From an uncultured Pelagibacteraceae bacterium (GTDB lineage Bacteria; Pseudomonadota; Alphaproteobacteria; Pelagibacterales; Pelagibacteraceae): a stretch of DNA of 64,000 nucleotides. The stretch's first letter is position 1, and every line of letters starts with the position of its first letter. The translations under genes were made by a program, and so were the position numbers. Location: positions 5,324 to 69,323 of the forward strand of contig CACJYF010000001.1 in the NCBI GenBank assembly GCA_902597575.1, in the 5' to 3' direction. This document shows, in pieces, positions 48,730-59,438 of this stretch. The notes below the pieces were generated by a model. That model searched no databases. It had not been told where the DNA came from and saw only the letters and a list, made by a program, of their open reading frames with translations.

Positions 48730-51566
48730 TAATTAATCCCTTTTATCTCTTTTATTATCTTGTAAAAACCTGTCGCATTTGAGGCCTTTACCATAAGACT
48801 ATCATTATTATTTAAGTCGTTTCTAATCAAATCTATAATTTGAGATTTATTATATAAAACTCGACCTTTTTTTGAGTCTGCGAGTTTTTTAAACATATAT
48901 TTCATATAATGACCTTTTATAAAAACTTTATTAATCTTAGTTTTATTTATTGTAGCTGCAAGTGACTCATGAAGTTTTTTTGCATGGTCACCAAGTTCCA
49001 ACATATCACCAAGTAAAAGATACTTTTTGTTTTTTTTTGTTTTAATTTTGTCATAATTTAAGACAGCAGATTTTAAAGATAAGGGATTTGAATTATAACT
49101 TTCGTCAACAAGATTTATATTTTTTTTAAGAATCTTAATTTTAGATATATCCCCTCTTCCCTGGGGTACTTTAAATTTGAAAAAAACATTTTTATCTAAT
49201 TTAAAAATGTTTTTATAAATACTCAAAACAGCCAATGCAGCCAAAATATTATATATATTATTTTGAAAATTATTTGATACTAAAAAGTATTTTTGTACTT
49301 TATTAATTTTAATCCAAAGTTGAAAGTGATCTTTTTTTTTTTTAATATCTAAAAATTTTATATTTGACTGTTTATTTTTTATCCCAAAAGAAATTAATTT
49401 AAGATTATTTTCAATGACTTTTTTTTTATGGAAAGAAAAAAAATTATCATCAGCATTCAATATTACATAACCACCTGGGTTAGTATTTTGAATAATTTCA
49501 GATTTAGCTAAAGCAATATGTTTAATATTTTTAAAATTCTTTATATGAGCATAATTTATATTTGTTATAACACTAACATCGGGTTGAATTATTTTAGACA
49601 AGTAATCTATTTCACCCTTTTTATCCATTCCAACTTCTAAAACACCAAAATCATCATTTTCCTTGAAGTTTAATAAACTTAAGGGAACTCCGTATTTATT
49701 ATTATAAGATTTTGGCGAAATACTCACTTCAGAAAGTTTTCTTAAACAGTCTCCCAACATTTCTTTAAGTGTTGTTTTTCCACAACTTCCAGTAATTGCT
49801 ATTATTTTTGTGCTTATACTTGACCTAAAAATTTTAGCAGCATCTGTTAAGAATTTTAATGTATCTTTTACTTTTATTTGTTTGTTAATTTCAAATTTAT
49901 TTTGAATTTTATTTAATACTACAATTGAAGCTTTATTTTTGAATGCTTGATTTACAAATTTATTTCCATCGTTTTTTTTTCCTTTAATTGCAAAAAAAAT
50001 ATCATTTTTCTTTACTTCTAGTGAGTTAATTCTTGCAAATTTAAAAGGTGATATTAATTTTAATTTATGATTACCTGACAATTCTTTCAAAATGTTAAAT
50101 TTTAAGTTATTTGATAAATCTAAATTTTTCTTTTTTATCGAATTTAAAATAACCTGTTTATCTGAAAAATAAATTTTTCGATTGCCAAAATCTTGTGTTT
50201 TTTCATGACCCTTTCCAGCAATAAGTAAAATTTCACCTGAATTTAGATTCTTAATTGCTGTATATATCGCTTTAGACCTATCAGGTATTTCAAGAATATT
50301 TCTGTTTTTTATGCCCCTTTTTATATCTTTACGAATTTTTTTTGGGTTTTCATATCTTGGATTATCGTCTGTTAAATAGATTTTATCAGAGTAATCAGAT
50401 GCAATTTTACCCATTTTAAACCTTTTATTTTGATCCCTATTACCACCACATCCAAATAGTAAAGAAATTTTTTTATTTTTAAATTGTTCTCTTAAGTTTA
50501 ATATACAAGTTTTTAAAGCTTCTGGTGTATGGGCATAGTCTAGAATTACTTTTGAATTATTTTTGATTTTACCAATCTTTTCAAATCTTCCCGAAACTGA
50601 TTTAATTTTCGGGATAATTTTAAAAATTTTATCAAGACTTAAATTACTTTTTTTTGCTGCAATAATTGCCATCAATATATTATTTAATTGAATTTTTCCA
50701 ATTAGATTCAGTTTTATAGTTCTAATTGAATTCTTAAGCTGAATTTTTATAATTTGTGTCTCATCTTGATAATAATGAGATAGAATTTTAAATGAATCTT
50801 TGCCATTTATTTTATGTAGCTTGAGATTTTGATTTACTGAAATTCTTTTAATTTTAATGAATTCTGGTATTTTTTCATCAGTAATTATATGTCCTTTTTT
50901 TTTAATTAAATTTTTAAATAAATAGAGTTTTGCTTTTAAATAAGTATCTAAATCTTTATGATAATCTAAATGATCTTGTGAAAAATTAGTAAATATTCCC
51001 AAATTAAACAAAAGACCATCAAGCCTATTTTGTTCAAGACCATGACTTGAAGCTTCCATAATCACATTATCAACTCCCCTTTCTTTAAGATTATTTAGTA
51101 TTCTTCCTAATCGAATTGGATCAATTGTGGTGTTGGATAATTCAAAATTAATACTATCTGACTTTACACCTAAAGTTCCAATTGATGCAACTTTTATATT
51201 ATTTAACTTTAATATTTGATAAAAAAAATCTGAAACAGAAGATTTTCCATTTGTTCCAGTAACTGCTATCAAATTTTTTGGACGATTTTTATAAATTTTA
51301 AATGAAACTTCCGCTAATAATTTACGAGCATTATTTGTATAAATTATTAAGATTCCATTGTATTTTTTTTTGATTTTTTTATCAGTAACAATAATCCTAC
51401 AACCTTTCTTTATAGCAATAGGTATAAATTTATTACCGTCAAAATTACTTCCTTTAATTGCAAAAAAAATATCATTTCTTCTCACTTTTGAACTATTAAA
51501 AGCAATACCAGAAAAAAAAGCTCTTAAATTTTTTTTATTACTCGGAATATAATCTTTAAGAAGCAT
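48729..51566 (-). CDS. murE: Fused MurE-MurF ligase
   Basis: 945 aa, two Mur ligase modules: GTNGKSS/DYAHTP/DNPR (meso-DAP MurE), then GSCGKTT/DESYNSNP/LGDMLELG (MurF). Confidence 0.93.
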   Translation of the reverse strand: MLLKDYIPSNKKNLRAFFSGIAFNSSKVRRNDIFFAIKGSNFDGNKFIPIAIKKGCRIIVTDKKIKKKYNGILIIYTNNARKLLAEVSFKIYKNRPKNLIAVTGTNGKSSVSDFFYQILKLNNIKVASIGTLGVKSDSINFELSNTTIDPIRLGRILNNLKERGVDNVIMEASSHGLEQNRLDGLLFNLGIFTNFSQDHLDYHKDLDTYLKAKLYLFKNLIKKKGHIITDEKIPEFIKIKRISVNQNLKLHKINGKDSFKILSHYYQDETQIIKIQLKNSIRTIKLNLIGKIQLNNILMAIIAAKKSNLSLDKIFKIIPKIKSVSGRFEKIGKIKNNSKVILDYAHTPEALKTCILNLREQFKNKKISLLFGCGGNRDQNKRFKMGKIASDYSDKIYLTDDNPRYENPKKIRKDIKRGIKNRNILEIPDRSKAIYTAIKNLNSGEILLIAGKGHEKTQDFGNRKIYFSDKQVILNSIKKKNLDLSNNLKFNILKELSGNHKLKLISPFKFARINSLEVKKNDIFFAIKGKKNDGNKFVNQAFKNKASIVVLNKIQNKFEINKQIKVKDTLKFLTDAAKIFRSSISTKIIAITGSCGKTTLKEMLGDCLRKLSEVSISPKSYNNKYGVPLSLLNFKENDDFGVLEVGMDKKGEIDYLSKIIQPDVSVITNINYAHIKNFKNIKHIALAKSEIIQNTNPGGYVILNADDNFFSFHKKKVIENNLKLISFGIKNKQSNIKFLDIKKKKDHFQLWIKINKVQKYFLVSNNFQNNIYNILAALAVLSIYKNIFKLDKNVFFKFKVPQGRGDISKIKILKKNINLVDESYNSNPLSLKSAVLNYDKIKTKKNKKYLLLGDMLELGDHAKKLHESLAATINKTKINKVFIKGHYMKYMFKKLADSKKGRVLYNKSQIIDLIRNDLNNNDSLMVKASNATGFYKIIKEIKGIN

Positions 51567-51569
51567 AAA

Positions 51570-53267
51570 CTATTTAACTTCACTATATTTTGTGGCTAAA
51601 ATGGGCCCAACTTTCTCAATAATATGACCTGCTGCTTCTACACTATTCCAGCCAGCCGTATTTCTTGGACTTCCTTTTAGTTTAAAATTTGATCCATCTC
51701 TATAATTGTAAATATAATCCTCATTTATTTTAGGAGCATCTAACATAACTGCTAAAATAAACTTTGGTTTTGTAATTGGAAAAACTGAAACAAAAGTATT
51801 AACTTTCTCTTTTGAATAAATCCCTTTTATGCTTTTATTTGCAGTTCCTGTTTTGCCACCAATTTCAAATCCATTAATATCAGCCAAGTTAGCTGTACCC
51901 TCTTTAGTAGAAACAATTTTTCTTAAAATGGGTAAGATTTTAATTGAGATATCTTTATCTAAAATTCTTTTTTTTTTTATCTTTTTATTTATCTTTATTA
52001 AAGTTGGGCGCACATCGTATCCTCCATTTACAATAATTGAATATGCTTTAACAACTTGAAGTAATGTTGCTGTAATACCATGTCCAAAAGAGGCTGTTGC
52101 TAATGGACATTTTCCCCATTTAAAATTTAGAGGCTTTCCAACCTCTTCGATATCAAAGTCAATTTTTTTTAATAGTCCAAGTTTTGACAAAAATAATTTA
52201 AATTTTTCTTGCCCAATTTTTTGACCAATTCTGACTGAGCCTATATTTCCAGATCTTATCAAAATTTGTTCGGAAGTGAGGTCTGATGGGATTTTATTAT
52301 CATACTCTCTAATAGGAAACCCAGCACAATTCAAGGATCTTGGTAAATTAGCAAATCTAGTTTCTGGTTCAATAATTCTTTCTTGAAATGCTGCAGCTAA
52401 AGTAAATGTTTTAAATACAGAGCCGAATTCATAAACTCCTTTTGTCGCTCGATTAATATAATTTATGTCAGAAATTTTTTCTCTCATGTTTGGATTAAAG
52501 TCTGGCAAGGATACTATAGATAAAATTTCACCATTATTCACATTCATTAAAATTGCAGCGCTTCCTTTTGTTTCAAAAACTTTGTTGAACTTGATTAATT
52601 CGTTTCTAACTAAATATTGAATATCTTTATCTAAACTTAGTATAAGTGGTTCCTTTGAGGTTTTGAGTTTATCATCAAAAGACTTTTCTAAACCAGAAAT
52701 GCCTTTGTTATTATCATCTATTTGACCAATAATATGACTAAACAAATTTTTTTCAGGGTAAATTCTTATTAACCTGTCTTCAGGTTGAATCGACTTGTCC
52801 CCAAGTTTCATAATTTTTTCGTAATTTTCTTGCGATATCTTTTTTTCAAAATAAAAAAAATTTTTTTTTTCAATTTTCTCTTGAATTAGATCATAATCTT
52901 TATTCGGGAACATATATTTTAAGTTTAAAATTAATTTCTCTTTATCTATAACTTTTTTTGAACTAATTCCGATATCTATAGAATTTACAGTTTTTACTAA
53001 ATATTTTCTATTTCTATCAACTATATCTGCTCTGTAAAGTTTGTGGGATGGAATTTGTAAATTTGAATTTATTATTTTAGTATTCTCTCTTGAACCTAAA
53101 TGCATTAAATGAATTGAAAAAATTACTGAAATGATAAAAAAAATAAAAAATATAAAACTTACTCTATTAAATGAAATATCTAAATTTGATTTACTTTTTT
53201 CATAAGAAAAATCATTTTTTTGATCTTCTAGAATAATGTCTGACTTAATTTTTTTCATCAATTTCAA
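51570..53267 (-). CDS. ftsI: Penicillin-binding protein 3
   Basis: RADIVDRN, R.YP, GLEK; SVFK, SGN, KTG catalytic motifs. Confidence 0.93.
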   Translation of the reverse strand: MKLMKKIKSDIILEDQKNDFSYEKSKSNLDISFNRVSFIFFIFFIISVIFSIHLMHLGSRENTKIINSNLQIPSHKLYRADIVDRNRKYLVKTVNSIDIGISSKKVIDKEKLILNLKYMFPNKDYDLIQEKIEKKNFFYFEKKISQENYEKIMKLGDKSIQPEDRLIRIYPEKNLFSHIIGQIDDNNKGISGLEKSFDDKLKTSKEPLILSLDKDIQYLVRNELIKFNKVFETKGSAAILMNVNNGEILSIVSLPDFNPNMREKISDINYINRATKGVYEFGSVFKTFTLAAAFQERIIEPETRFANLPRSLNCAGFPIREYDNKIPSDLTSEQILIRSGNIGSVRIGQKIGQEKFKLFLSKLGLLKKIDFDIEEVGKPLNFKWGKCPLATASFGHGITATLLQVVKAYSIIVNGGYDVRPTLIKINKKIKKKRILDKDISIKILPILRKIVSTKEGTANLADINGFEIGGKTGTANKSIKGIYSKEKVNTFVSVFPITKPKFILAVMLDAPKINEDYIYNYRDGSNFKLKGSPRNTAGWNSVEAAGHIIEKVGPILATKYSEVK

Positions 53268-53562
53268 AAAAATTAAAGTTACTAATTAGTATACCATTTG
53301 ATTTTTTAGTTAATGTTTTAATTTTATTCATATCTTTTTGAAATAAATCTTTTTCAAAAAATCGAGATTGATATTCAAGTAATTTTTCTGTCGAACTAAG
53401 ATATTCAAATTCTAATTTTGTATTGCTTAATTCTTTTTTTAAATCTCTCAAACTTTCGTTAACCAAAAATATTTCGTCTTCGATTTTTTTACTTGAGTTT
53501 TTGATAAATGCAGTGAAAAATATTAATAAAAATACAAAAATAATTATTACAATCTTTTTCAT
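53245..53562 (-). CDS. ftsL: FtsL-like cell division protein
   Basis: TM plus coiled coil ending EYLSS; located between rsmH and ftsI. Confidence 0.7.
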   Translation of the reverse strand: MKKIVIIIFVFLLIFFTAFIKNSSKKIEDEIFLVNESLRDLKKELSNTKLEFEYLSSTEKLLEYQSRFFEKDLFQKDMNKIKTLTKKSNGILISNFNFFEIDEKN

Positions 53563-54566
53563 AATTTATTACCAATATTTTCTATCTCAATAAAAGATTT
53601 AAATTTTTCAAAAATATCACTATCAAAATTGTAAAAATTTTTTTTTTTAATAACAAATCTTAATTTTGCTGATCTGGATGGTATATTCTCATTTAATTCT
53701 TGTTTACTTGGAATAATAGGCTTTCTCTCCGTCATATGTAAAAGTGGCTCTGATTGTGTAATTTGAGGTTGATACCTTGAGATACTTTTATTTTCTGAAA
53801 GACTTCTAAAAAAGTATTTTACGATTTTATCTTCTAATGAATGAAAAGTAACAACGGCTAATACACCATCTTTTTTTAAAATTTTTGTAGCATTAATCAA
53901 GCCATTAATCAGTTCACTAATTTCTCTATTAACAAAAATTCTAATTGCTTGGAAAACTTTTGTTGACTTATGAATTTTAGAGTTACTTTTTTTTACAGAG
54001 TCAATAATATTAACTAAATCATTTGTGCTAATCTCATATTTTACTCTCTCTCTGATAATTTTATTTGCAATTTTTTTCGAATCTTTTTCATCGCCAAAAT
54101 ATTTAAAAATTTTTTGTAAATCATTTAATGTAAGTTTATTAATCACCTCTTTAGCTGAAAAATCGTTAAGACCTAGTTTCATATTAAGTTGGCCTTTAGA
54201 ATTGAAAGATAATCCTTTTTTTTTATCTTTCATTTGGTTTAGAGAGTAACCTAAATCAAAAAATATTCCTTTTATGTTTTCATTTTTCAATTTTAGATTT
54301 TTTAGCTGACTAAATTTCATATTCTTGAAAAGAAATCTATCTGCAAAATTTTTCTTAATTTGATCTGCAATTTTCTTACTTTCAATATCTCTATCGATAG
54401 CAATTACTCTGGTATTTGGGAATTTAAGTATTTCATTTGTGTATCCACCTTGACCAAAAGTACAATCAATAAATGTGCCACCATATTGAGGGGAAATAAT
54501 GCTAATAATTTCTTTTAGCAGTACCGGATAATGATTATATTTATCCGATACTATGGTGGCTTCCAT
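53559..54566 (-). CDS. rsmH: 16S rRNA m4C1402 methyltransferase
   Basis: [35 protein letters not shown]. Confidence 0.96.
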   Translation of the reverse strand: MEATIVSDKYNHYPVLLKEIISIISPQYGGTFIDCTFGQGGYTNEILKFPNTRVIAIDRDIESKKIADQIKKNFADRFLFKNMKFSQLKNLKLKNENIKGIFFDLGYSLNQMKDKKKGLSFNSKGQLNMKLGLNDFSAKEVINKLTLNDLQKIFKYFGDEKDSKKIANKIIRERVKYEISTNDLVNIIDSVKKSNSKIHKSTKVFQAIRIFVNREISELINGLINATKILKKDGVLAVVTFHSLEDKIVKYFFRSLSENKSISRYQPQITQSEPLLHMTERKPIIPSKQELNENIPSRSAKLRFVIKKKNFYNFDSDIFEKFKSFIEIENIGNKL

Positions 54567-54584
54567 TTATTTTTTCGAAGACCA

Positions 54585-56060
54585 TTAATTTTTTTGTCTT
54601 CTTAAAAATGCGGGAATTTCAAGATCATCGTCATCACTATCTTCATTCAAAGAACTCGATAGATCATTAGCATCTGAATTATCATCACTAGAACTAAATA
54701 AATCTGGCTCATTTGTATCAACTCCAAATTCTCTCAAGTCATTAGAGTTAACTTCTGTTTCATCAAAAGATTCTGTAGTTTCTTTTGTAAAAGATATTTC
54801 ATCTTTTTCAGACTTGTCACTTTCAATCGCATCAATTTCTTGATTTTTTAAAAGTTCTTCATGATATTGATTATTCATATCATTTACTGATTGATTGTTA
54901 GTTTGATTTTGTAACTCATTAGTTGCAATTTCATTTTCCAGTTTTAAGGCGTTGGCACCATGAGAAACTGGATTTGAGTTATTTCCATTAAATACAAAAG
55001 ATTGTGTTAAACCATTTGTTGTGAAATCAGAATACCCTGGATTTCTATTTTGTATTCTGTGTACCATATTAATCACAGATTTAGTTTCGGGTTGTTGACC
55101 ATCTAAAGAGGTTGCAACAATTGAAACTCTCATTTTTCCATCAAGTTCTGGATCTGTAATAGCACCAATAATCAACTCGGCCTCAGGATCAACCTGGTCT
55201 CTTACTTTATTAACTGCTTCATCAACTTCAAAAAGCTTAAGGTCTTTACCTCCCGTAATATTTACTAACAAACCTTTTGCACCTTTTAATGTATAATCAT
55301 CGATTAACGGATTACTTATTGCCATTTCTGCAGCTTTCATGGCTCTTCCTTCACCCTCTGCCTCACCTGTACCCATCATAGCTTTACCCATCGAAGCCAT
55401 TACAGATTCAACATCGGCGAAATCAAGATTTATTAACCCTGGTCTGACCATTAAATCTGTAATACTTTGAACTCCGTGCATTAAAACATTATTTGATAAA
55501 TTAAATGACTCCTCGAATGTAGTCTGTTCATTAGCAATTTTAAATAAATTTTGATTTGGAATTACTATGATAGTATCCACATGTCTTCGAAGTTCCTCTA
55601 ATCCTTGTTGAGCTCTTCTCATTCTTGAAGGTCCTTCATATAAAAAAGGTAATGTTACTACTCCCACTGTTAAAATATTAAGTTCTTTTGCGGCTCTAGC
55701 AATAACATGAGCTGCACCAGTCCCTGTACCACCACCCATCCCAGCAGCGATAAAAACCATATTTGCACCCTGTAGAATATTTACTATATCGTTAAGGGAC
55801 TCATCTGCAGCAGCCTGACCAATATCAAGTTTTGCACCAGCTCCCAAGCCTTTGGTTAAATTTAAACCTATTTGAACTTTTGATTTTGCTTTACTGTGTT
55901 TTAAATCTTGTGCATCGGTATTTACAGCAATAAACTCAACACCTTGCATTCCATTATCAATCATTTCATTAATAGCATTTCCACCTGCACCACCAATACC
56001 CATTACTAAAAGTCTTGGTTGTAACTCTTTTATCTCTGGTACTTTAAAGTTAATTGTCAT
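54585..56060 (-). CDS. ftsZ: Cell division protein FtsZ
   Basis: [22 protein letters not shown], long acidic linker, [10 protein letters not shown] tail. Confidence 0.99.
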   Translation of the reverse strand: MTINFKVPEIKELQPRLLVMGIGGAGGNAINEMIDNGMQGVEFIAVNTDAQDLKHSKAKSKVQIGLNLTKGLGAGAKLDIGQAAADESLNDIVNILQGANMVFIAAGMGGGTGTGAAHVIARAAKELNILTVGVVTLPFLYEGPSRMRRAQQGLEELRRHVDTIIVIPNQNLFKIANEQTTFEESFNLSNNVLMHGVQSITDLMVRPGLINLDFADVESVMASMGKAMMGTGEAEGEGRAMKAAEMAISNPLIDDYTLKGAKGLLVNITGGKDLKLFEVDEAVNKVRDQVDPEAELIIGAITDPELDGKMRVSIVATSLDGQQPETKSVINMVHRIQNRNPGYSDFTTNGLTQSFVFNGNNSNPVSHGANALKLENEIATNELQNQTNNQSVNDMNNQYHEELLKNQEIDAIESDKSEKDEISFTKETTESFDETEVNSNDLREFGVDTNEPDLFSSSDDNSDANDLSSSLNEDSDDDDLEIPAFLRRQKN

Positions 56061-56076
56061 TTTATCCCCTCTTTAT

Positions 56077-56532
56077 TTATTTGTTAATTTGATTTTCCCA
56101 TTTAAGACTTGAACGATTTGAATTTGCTTTTTTTCTAGCGTTTGTCCTAAATTTTTCAAAAATTGTTGGCTCCCAAATTTGAAAAGTTTTTCCTTGACCA
56201 ACAAAAATCATACTTTTTTTTATTTTTGCATGCTTTAATAATTTTGAGGTTAGTGAGATTCTGCCTTCACTATCGAATTGTAAATTTGTGCTCTCAGATA
56301 AAATTGATGTAGCAAAAAAATCTCTTTTTTCCTCAAACGGATTTAAAGTGTCTATTGTATTAGAAATTTTTTCTATTCTGTCTTGAGGCCATGCTTCTAT
56401 TGATTGATTGTTGAAAGATGGATAACAAATCACTCCATTGTATCCTAGATTAGATAGATATGATCTAAAACTTGCCGGCACCGACACCCTTCCTTTTTTG
56501 TCCAGTTTGTTTTCGTAAGTTGATAAAAACAT
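56077..56532 (-). CDS. mraZ: Transcriptional repressor MraZ
   Basis: LDKKGRVSVPA and FDSEGRI repeats, FQIWEP; likely start MFLSTYEN at 56532. Confidence 0.95.
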   Translation of the reverse strand: MFLSTYENKLDKKGRVSVPASFRSYLSNLGYNGVICYPSFNNQSIEAWPQDRIEKISNTIDTLNPFEEKRDFFATSILSESTNLQFDSEGRISLTSKLLKHAKIKKSMIFVGQGKTFQIWEPTIFEKFRTNARKKANSNRSSLKWENQINK

Positions 56533-56560
56533 AAACCATAAAATCCTTAATTCCCTCATT

Positions 56561-56605
56561 TATGGGAATATATGGGACAATATGGGTTTTTTTGAAAAGT
56601 GTCAA
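56561..56605 (-). promoter_or_regulatory. dcw promoter with three MraZ-type operator repeats
   Basis: TATGGG at 56561, 56571, 56581 (10-bp period, + strand); minus-strand TTGACA-N17-TATTGT overlaps them. Confidence 0.85.
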
Positions 56606-56694
56606 TACTTAGCTTATTGAAGATAAGATAAAAAAGGCTAACCATAAAATAGCCAAAACATGAACATTTATGTCGATTAAGTTATTTTAAAATA

Positions 56695-57052
56695 AAGCCA
56701 GATGAACTTTAAGCCGGGTTCTGTCATTTAAACTTATCATTTATCTAGGCTCAAGATCACTCTCGAGCTCAAGCGACTAACCCTGATGACTAGCCAAGAA
56801 TAGCTTTTAGTTTTTTCAACAATGTCATCTCTACTTAGTCTTGCTCCCAGTGGGGTTTTCCAGCGTTCATTGTTACCAATAGAACCGGTGTGCTCTTACC
56901 ACACCTTTTCACCCTTGCCATGTTATGGCGGTTTATTTTCTGTGGCACTATCCCTAGGGTCGCCCCTGCCAGGAATTACCTGGCACTGTATTCTTGTAGA
57001 GTCCGGACTTTCCTCTTTAAAATATTAAAGCGATAAGTCGTTCATCTGGCTT
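56695..57052 (-). ncRNA. rnpB: RNase P RNA (type A)
   Basis: Minus strand GAGGAAAGTCCGG and ACAGAACCCGGCTTA universal motifs; terminal P1 helix aagccagatgaac/gttcatctggctt. Confidence 0.97.
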
Positions 57053-57094
57053 AATCAGTTTATAATTTAATTGCAAAATTTCAAGTTTAATTTT

Positions 57095-57823
57095 TTACGA
57101 AGAGACGAGATTTTTACTTATTCTTAAACACTCCTGATCTATTTTGCCATCTATTAAATCTTGTCTAAATCTTCTTTGAAAAGCTTTAGTTAGATACTCT
57201 ACATTTTTACTAAATTTAAAACCTCTTATTTTTTTGTATCCAATCTTATAAAGATTATTGATAAATATTTTTTCCTCAAATTTAGAAGAAATCTTAACTT
57301 TTCTAAATTCCTTAATTTTAGTTGGATCTAAATTATGATACCAAGCTAATCTAATCTTAGCTAATTTTTTCCATGGAAATTTTTCTCCAGGATCTTTTTT
57401 TCGATCAGGAGATATATCTGAATGACCAAGAATATACTCTCTTTTAATCTTAAATTTTTTAATTAGATATTTTAATAATTTTTTTAGAGAAAGAATTTGT
57501 TTTTTAGAAAAATTCTTATATCCATATTGATGACCAGGATTTGTAATTTCGACACCTATTGAGTTTTTATTTAAATTCTTATAATTTTTCCATTTTGATA
57601 AACCGGCATGCCAAGCTTCATAAAAATCAGGAACTAAAGTTAATATATCACCATTATGTTTTACTAAATAATGGGTACTGACTTTAAATCTAGGATCTTG
57701 CAACCTCTTGATTGAATCTAATTCTTTTTTCATACCTGTATAATGAATTATTATAAACTTTATTCTTTTTTTTGTCCTTTTTTGTAAGCTAAAATTTGGA
57801 GAGTAATCACAAATTATATTCAT
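57095..57823 (-). CDS. N-acetylmuramoyl-L-alanine amidase (Amidase_2, AmiD/AmpD-like)
   Basis: IIHYT, STHY, AWHAG, SIGVE, GHSDI.P.RK.DPG, AFQRRFR PG-binding tail. Confidence 0.93.
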   Translation of the reverse strand: MNIICDYSPNFSLQKRTKKRIKFIIIHYTGMKKELDSIKRLQDPRFKVSTHYLVKHNGDILTLVPDFYEAWHAGLSKWKNYKNLNKNSIGVEITNPGHQYGYKNFSKKQILSLKKLLKYLIKKFKIKREYILGHSDISPDRKKDPGEKFPWKKLAKIRLAWYHNLDPTKIKEFRKVKISSKFEEKIFINNLYKIGYKKIRGFKFSKNVEYLTKAFQRRFRQDLIDGKIDQECLRISKNLVSS

Positions 57824-57928
57824 TATTAATATTAGTATAATTTTTGGCTATTTATAAACATTTTATGGACATTTTTTAGTATTAAATGTTAATTTACATC
57901 ATTAATAATAATATATAAAATACATTAT

Positions 57929-58723
57929 ATGTTAAAGAAATTATCAATAATTCTATTGTCATTTTTTTTATTAACATTAAATGCAAATGCTGGATCTGAT
58001 GGGGAATTAAAGTTAGAAAAGCAATCAAAAAAAGTTAAAGATTGCTTCGAAAATTTAAACAGGGCAACTTTTGCTTTTAATCAAGGCTTAGACAAAGCTA
58101 TAATCAAACCTCTTGCTGAGAGTTATAGAAGCTTACCTGATCCTATTCAAAAAGGTACTCATAACTTTGTAACAAACTTGTCAAGTTTAGTTACAATACC
58201 AAATAATGTTTTACAGGGTGATATTAAATTAGCGATCATTAATACAGCGAGACTTGCAGTAAATTCAACTGTAGGAATATTGGGGACTATCGATGTAGCA
58301 AATAAAATTGGTTTTCCAAAATATGAGAAGGAAGATTACGGTCAAACTTTAGCTACTTGGGGAGTTGGTCCAGGCTGCTATGTGGTTTTGCCAGTGTTAG
58401 GACCCTCAACTTTAAGGGATACAACTGGTTCTTTCATGAATATACTGGGAGGTGATCCTTACTATAATGCTTCAATGCATGGTAATAATGAATTTTTAAA
58501 TGAAAGTTTTTACATGGCAACAAAAGCTGTAGAAGGTATTGACTTTAGATCAAATAATATTGAGTCTTTTGATAATTTAGAAATAAATTCTATTGACTTT
58601 TACGCTTCAGTGAAAAGCTTATATTTGCAAGACAGGGAAAATAAAATTAGTAATATAAGAAAAGGTAATATCGAAATTTTCTACAAAAATGAGGAAGATT
58701 GGGAAGAAATAGATAATAATTAA
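57929..58723 (+). CDS. mlaA: MlaA/VacJ family protein
   Basis: ENLNR..FAFN, NSTVG..G, EDYGQTL..WGVG.G.YVVLPVLGPSTLRD. Confidence 0.93.
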   Translation: MLKKLSIILLSFFLLTLNANAGSDGELKLEKQSKKVKDCFENLNRATFAFNQGLDKAIIKPLAESYRSLPDPIQKGTHNFVTNLSSLVTIPNNVLQGDIKLAIINTARLAVNSTVGILGTIDVANKIGFPKYEKEDYGQTLATWGVGPGCYVVLPVLGPSTLRDTTGSFMNILGGDPYYNASMHGNNEFLNESFYMATKAVEGIDFRSNNIESFDNLEINSIDFYASVKSLYLQDRENKISNIRKGNIEIFYKNEEDWEEIDNN

Positions 58724-58746
58724 GAATTTAGATCAATATTTAAGAA

Positions 58747-59331
58747 ATGAAAAAAATTTTTTGTATTTTATTATTTTTGAATTTTAGTTTATTCAAAGTT
58801 TTTGCGGTAGAACCTGATGTATTTGTTCAATCTACAGTCAATAGAGCATCAGAAATATTGACCAAAAACATTTCTCAAGATGAAAAAATTAATAAGTTAA
58901 AAGTAATAGCTAAGGAAACAGTGGATATAAAAGGCGTAGGTTTTTATTCTCTAGGCTCGGCTAGAAAAAACTTAAATGACGAGCAAAAAATTCAGTATTT
59001 TAAATTATTTGAAGATTATTTTTTAAAAAGCTTTTCAAGTAGATTATCAGAATACACAAACCCAGAAATTGATGTTTTATCAAAAAAGGTTTTGAGTGAG
59101 AATTATACTATTGTGAATAGCGTTTTAAGAGGCACTACTGAAAGACCAGAAATAAAAATTGACTGGAGAATTTACACAAAAAATAAAGATAACCCATTAA
59201 TTAGAGATCTCATAATAGAGGGCTTAAGTTTGGCAAGGACACAAAAGGAAGAATTTGCATCAATTCTTAACTCTAATGATGGTAATATTAATTCTTTATT
59301 TGAAAGTTTAAAAAAATTTTCCTCTAATTAA
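58747..59331 (+). CDS. mlaC: MlaC/Ttg2D phospholipid-binding protein
   Basis: Signal peptide, IDWR, DLIIEGLSL..TQKEEF. Confidence 0.9.
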   Translation: MKKIFCILLFLNFSLFKVFAVEPDVFVQSTVNRASEILTKNISQDEKINKLKVIAKETVDIKGVGFYSLGSARKNLNDEQKIQYFKLFEDYFLKSFSSRLSEYTNPEIDVLSKKVLSENYTIVNSVLRGTTERPEIKIDWRIYTKNKDNPLIRDLIIEGLSLARTQKEEFASILNSNDGNINSLFESLKKFSSN

Positions 59332-59344
59332 TTTTACTAAAATT

Positions 59345-59421
59345 TGGTGGGCCCGCCAGGACTCGAACCTGGGACCAATACATTATGAGTGTACTGCTCT
59401 AACCAACTGAGCTACAGGCCC
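59345..59421 (-). tRNA. tRNA with CAT anticodon, probably tRNA-Ile2 (lysidine) rather than Met
   Basis: GGGCCTG...CGGGCCC-ACCA, anticodon arm gtaca-ctCATaa-tgtat; paired G1-C72 and no GGG/CCC anticodon stem, so not the initiator. Confidence 0.92.
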
Positions 59422-59438
59422 AAAAACTTATTATGGTT

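Noticed and set aside
56631-56654. GGCTA/TAGCC hairpin as the rnpB terminator
   Set aside because: Only a 5-bp stem with a 9-nt loop; plausible but too weak to call
56822-57028. 68-aa ORF
   Set aside because: Antisense to the RNase P RNA
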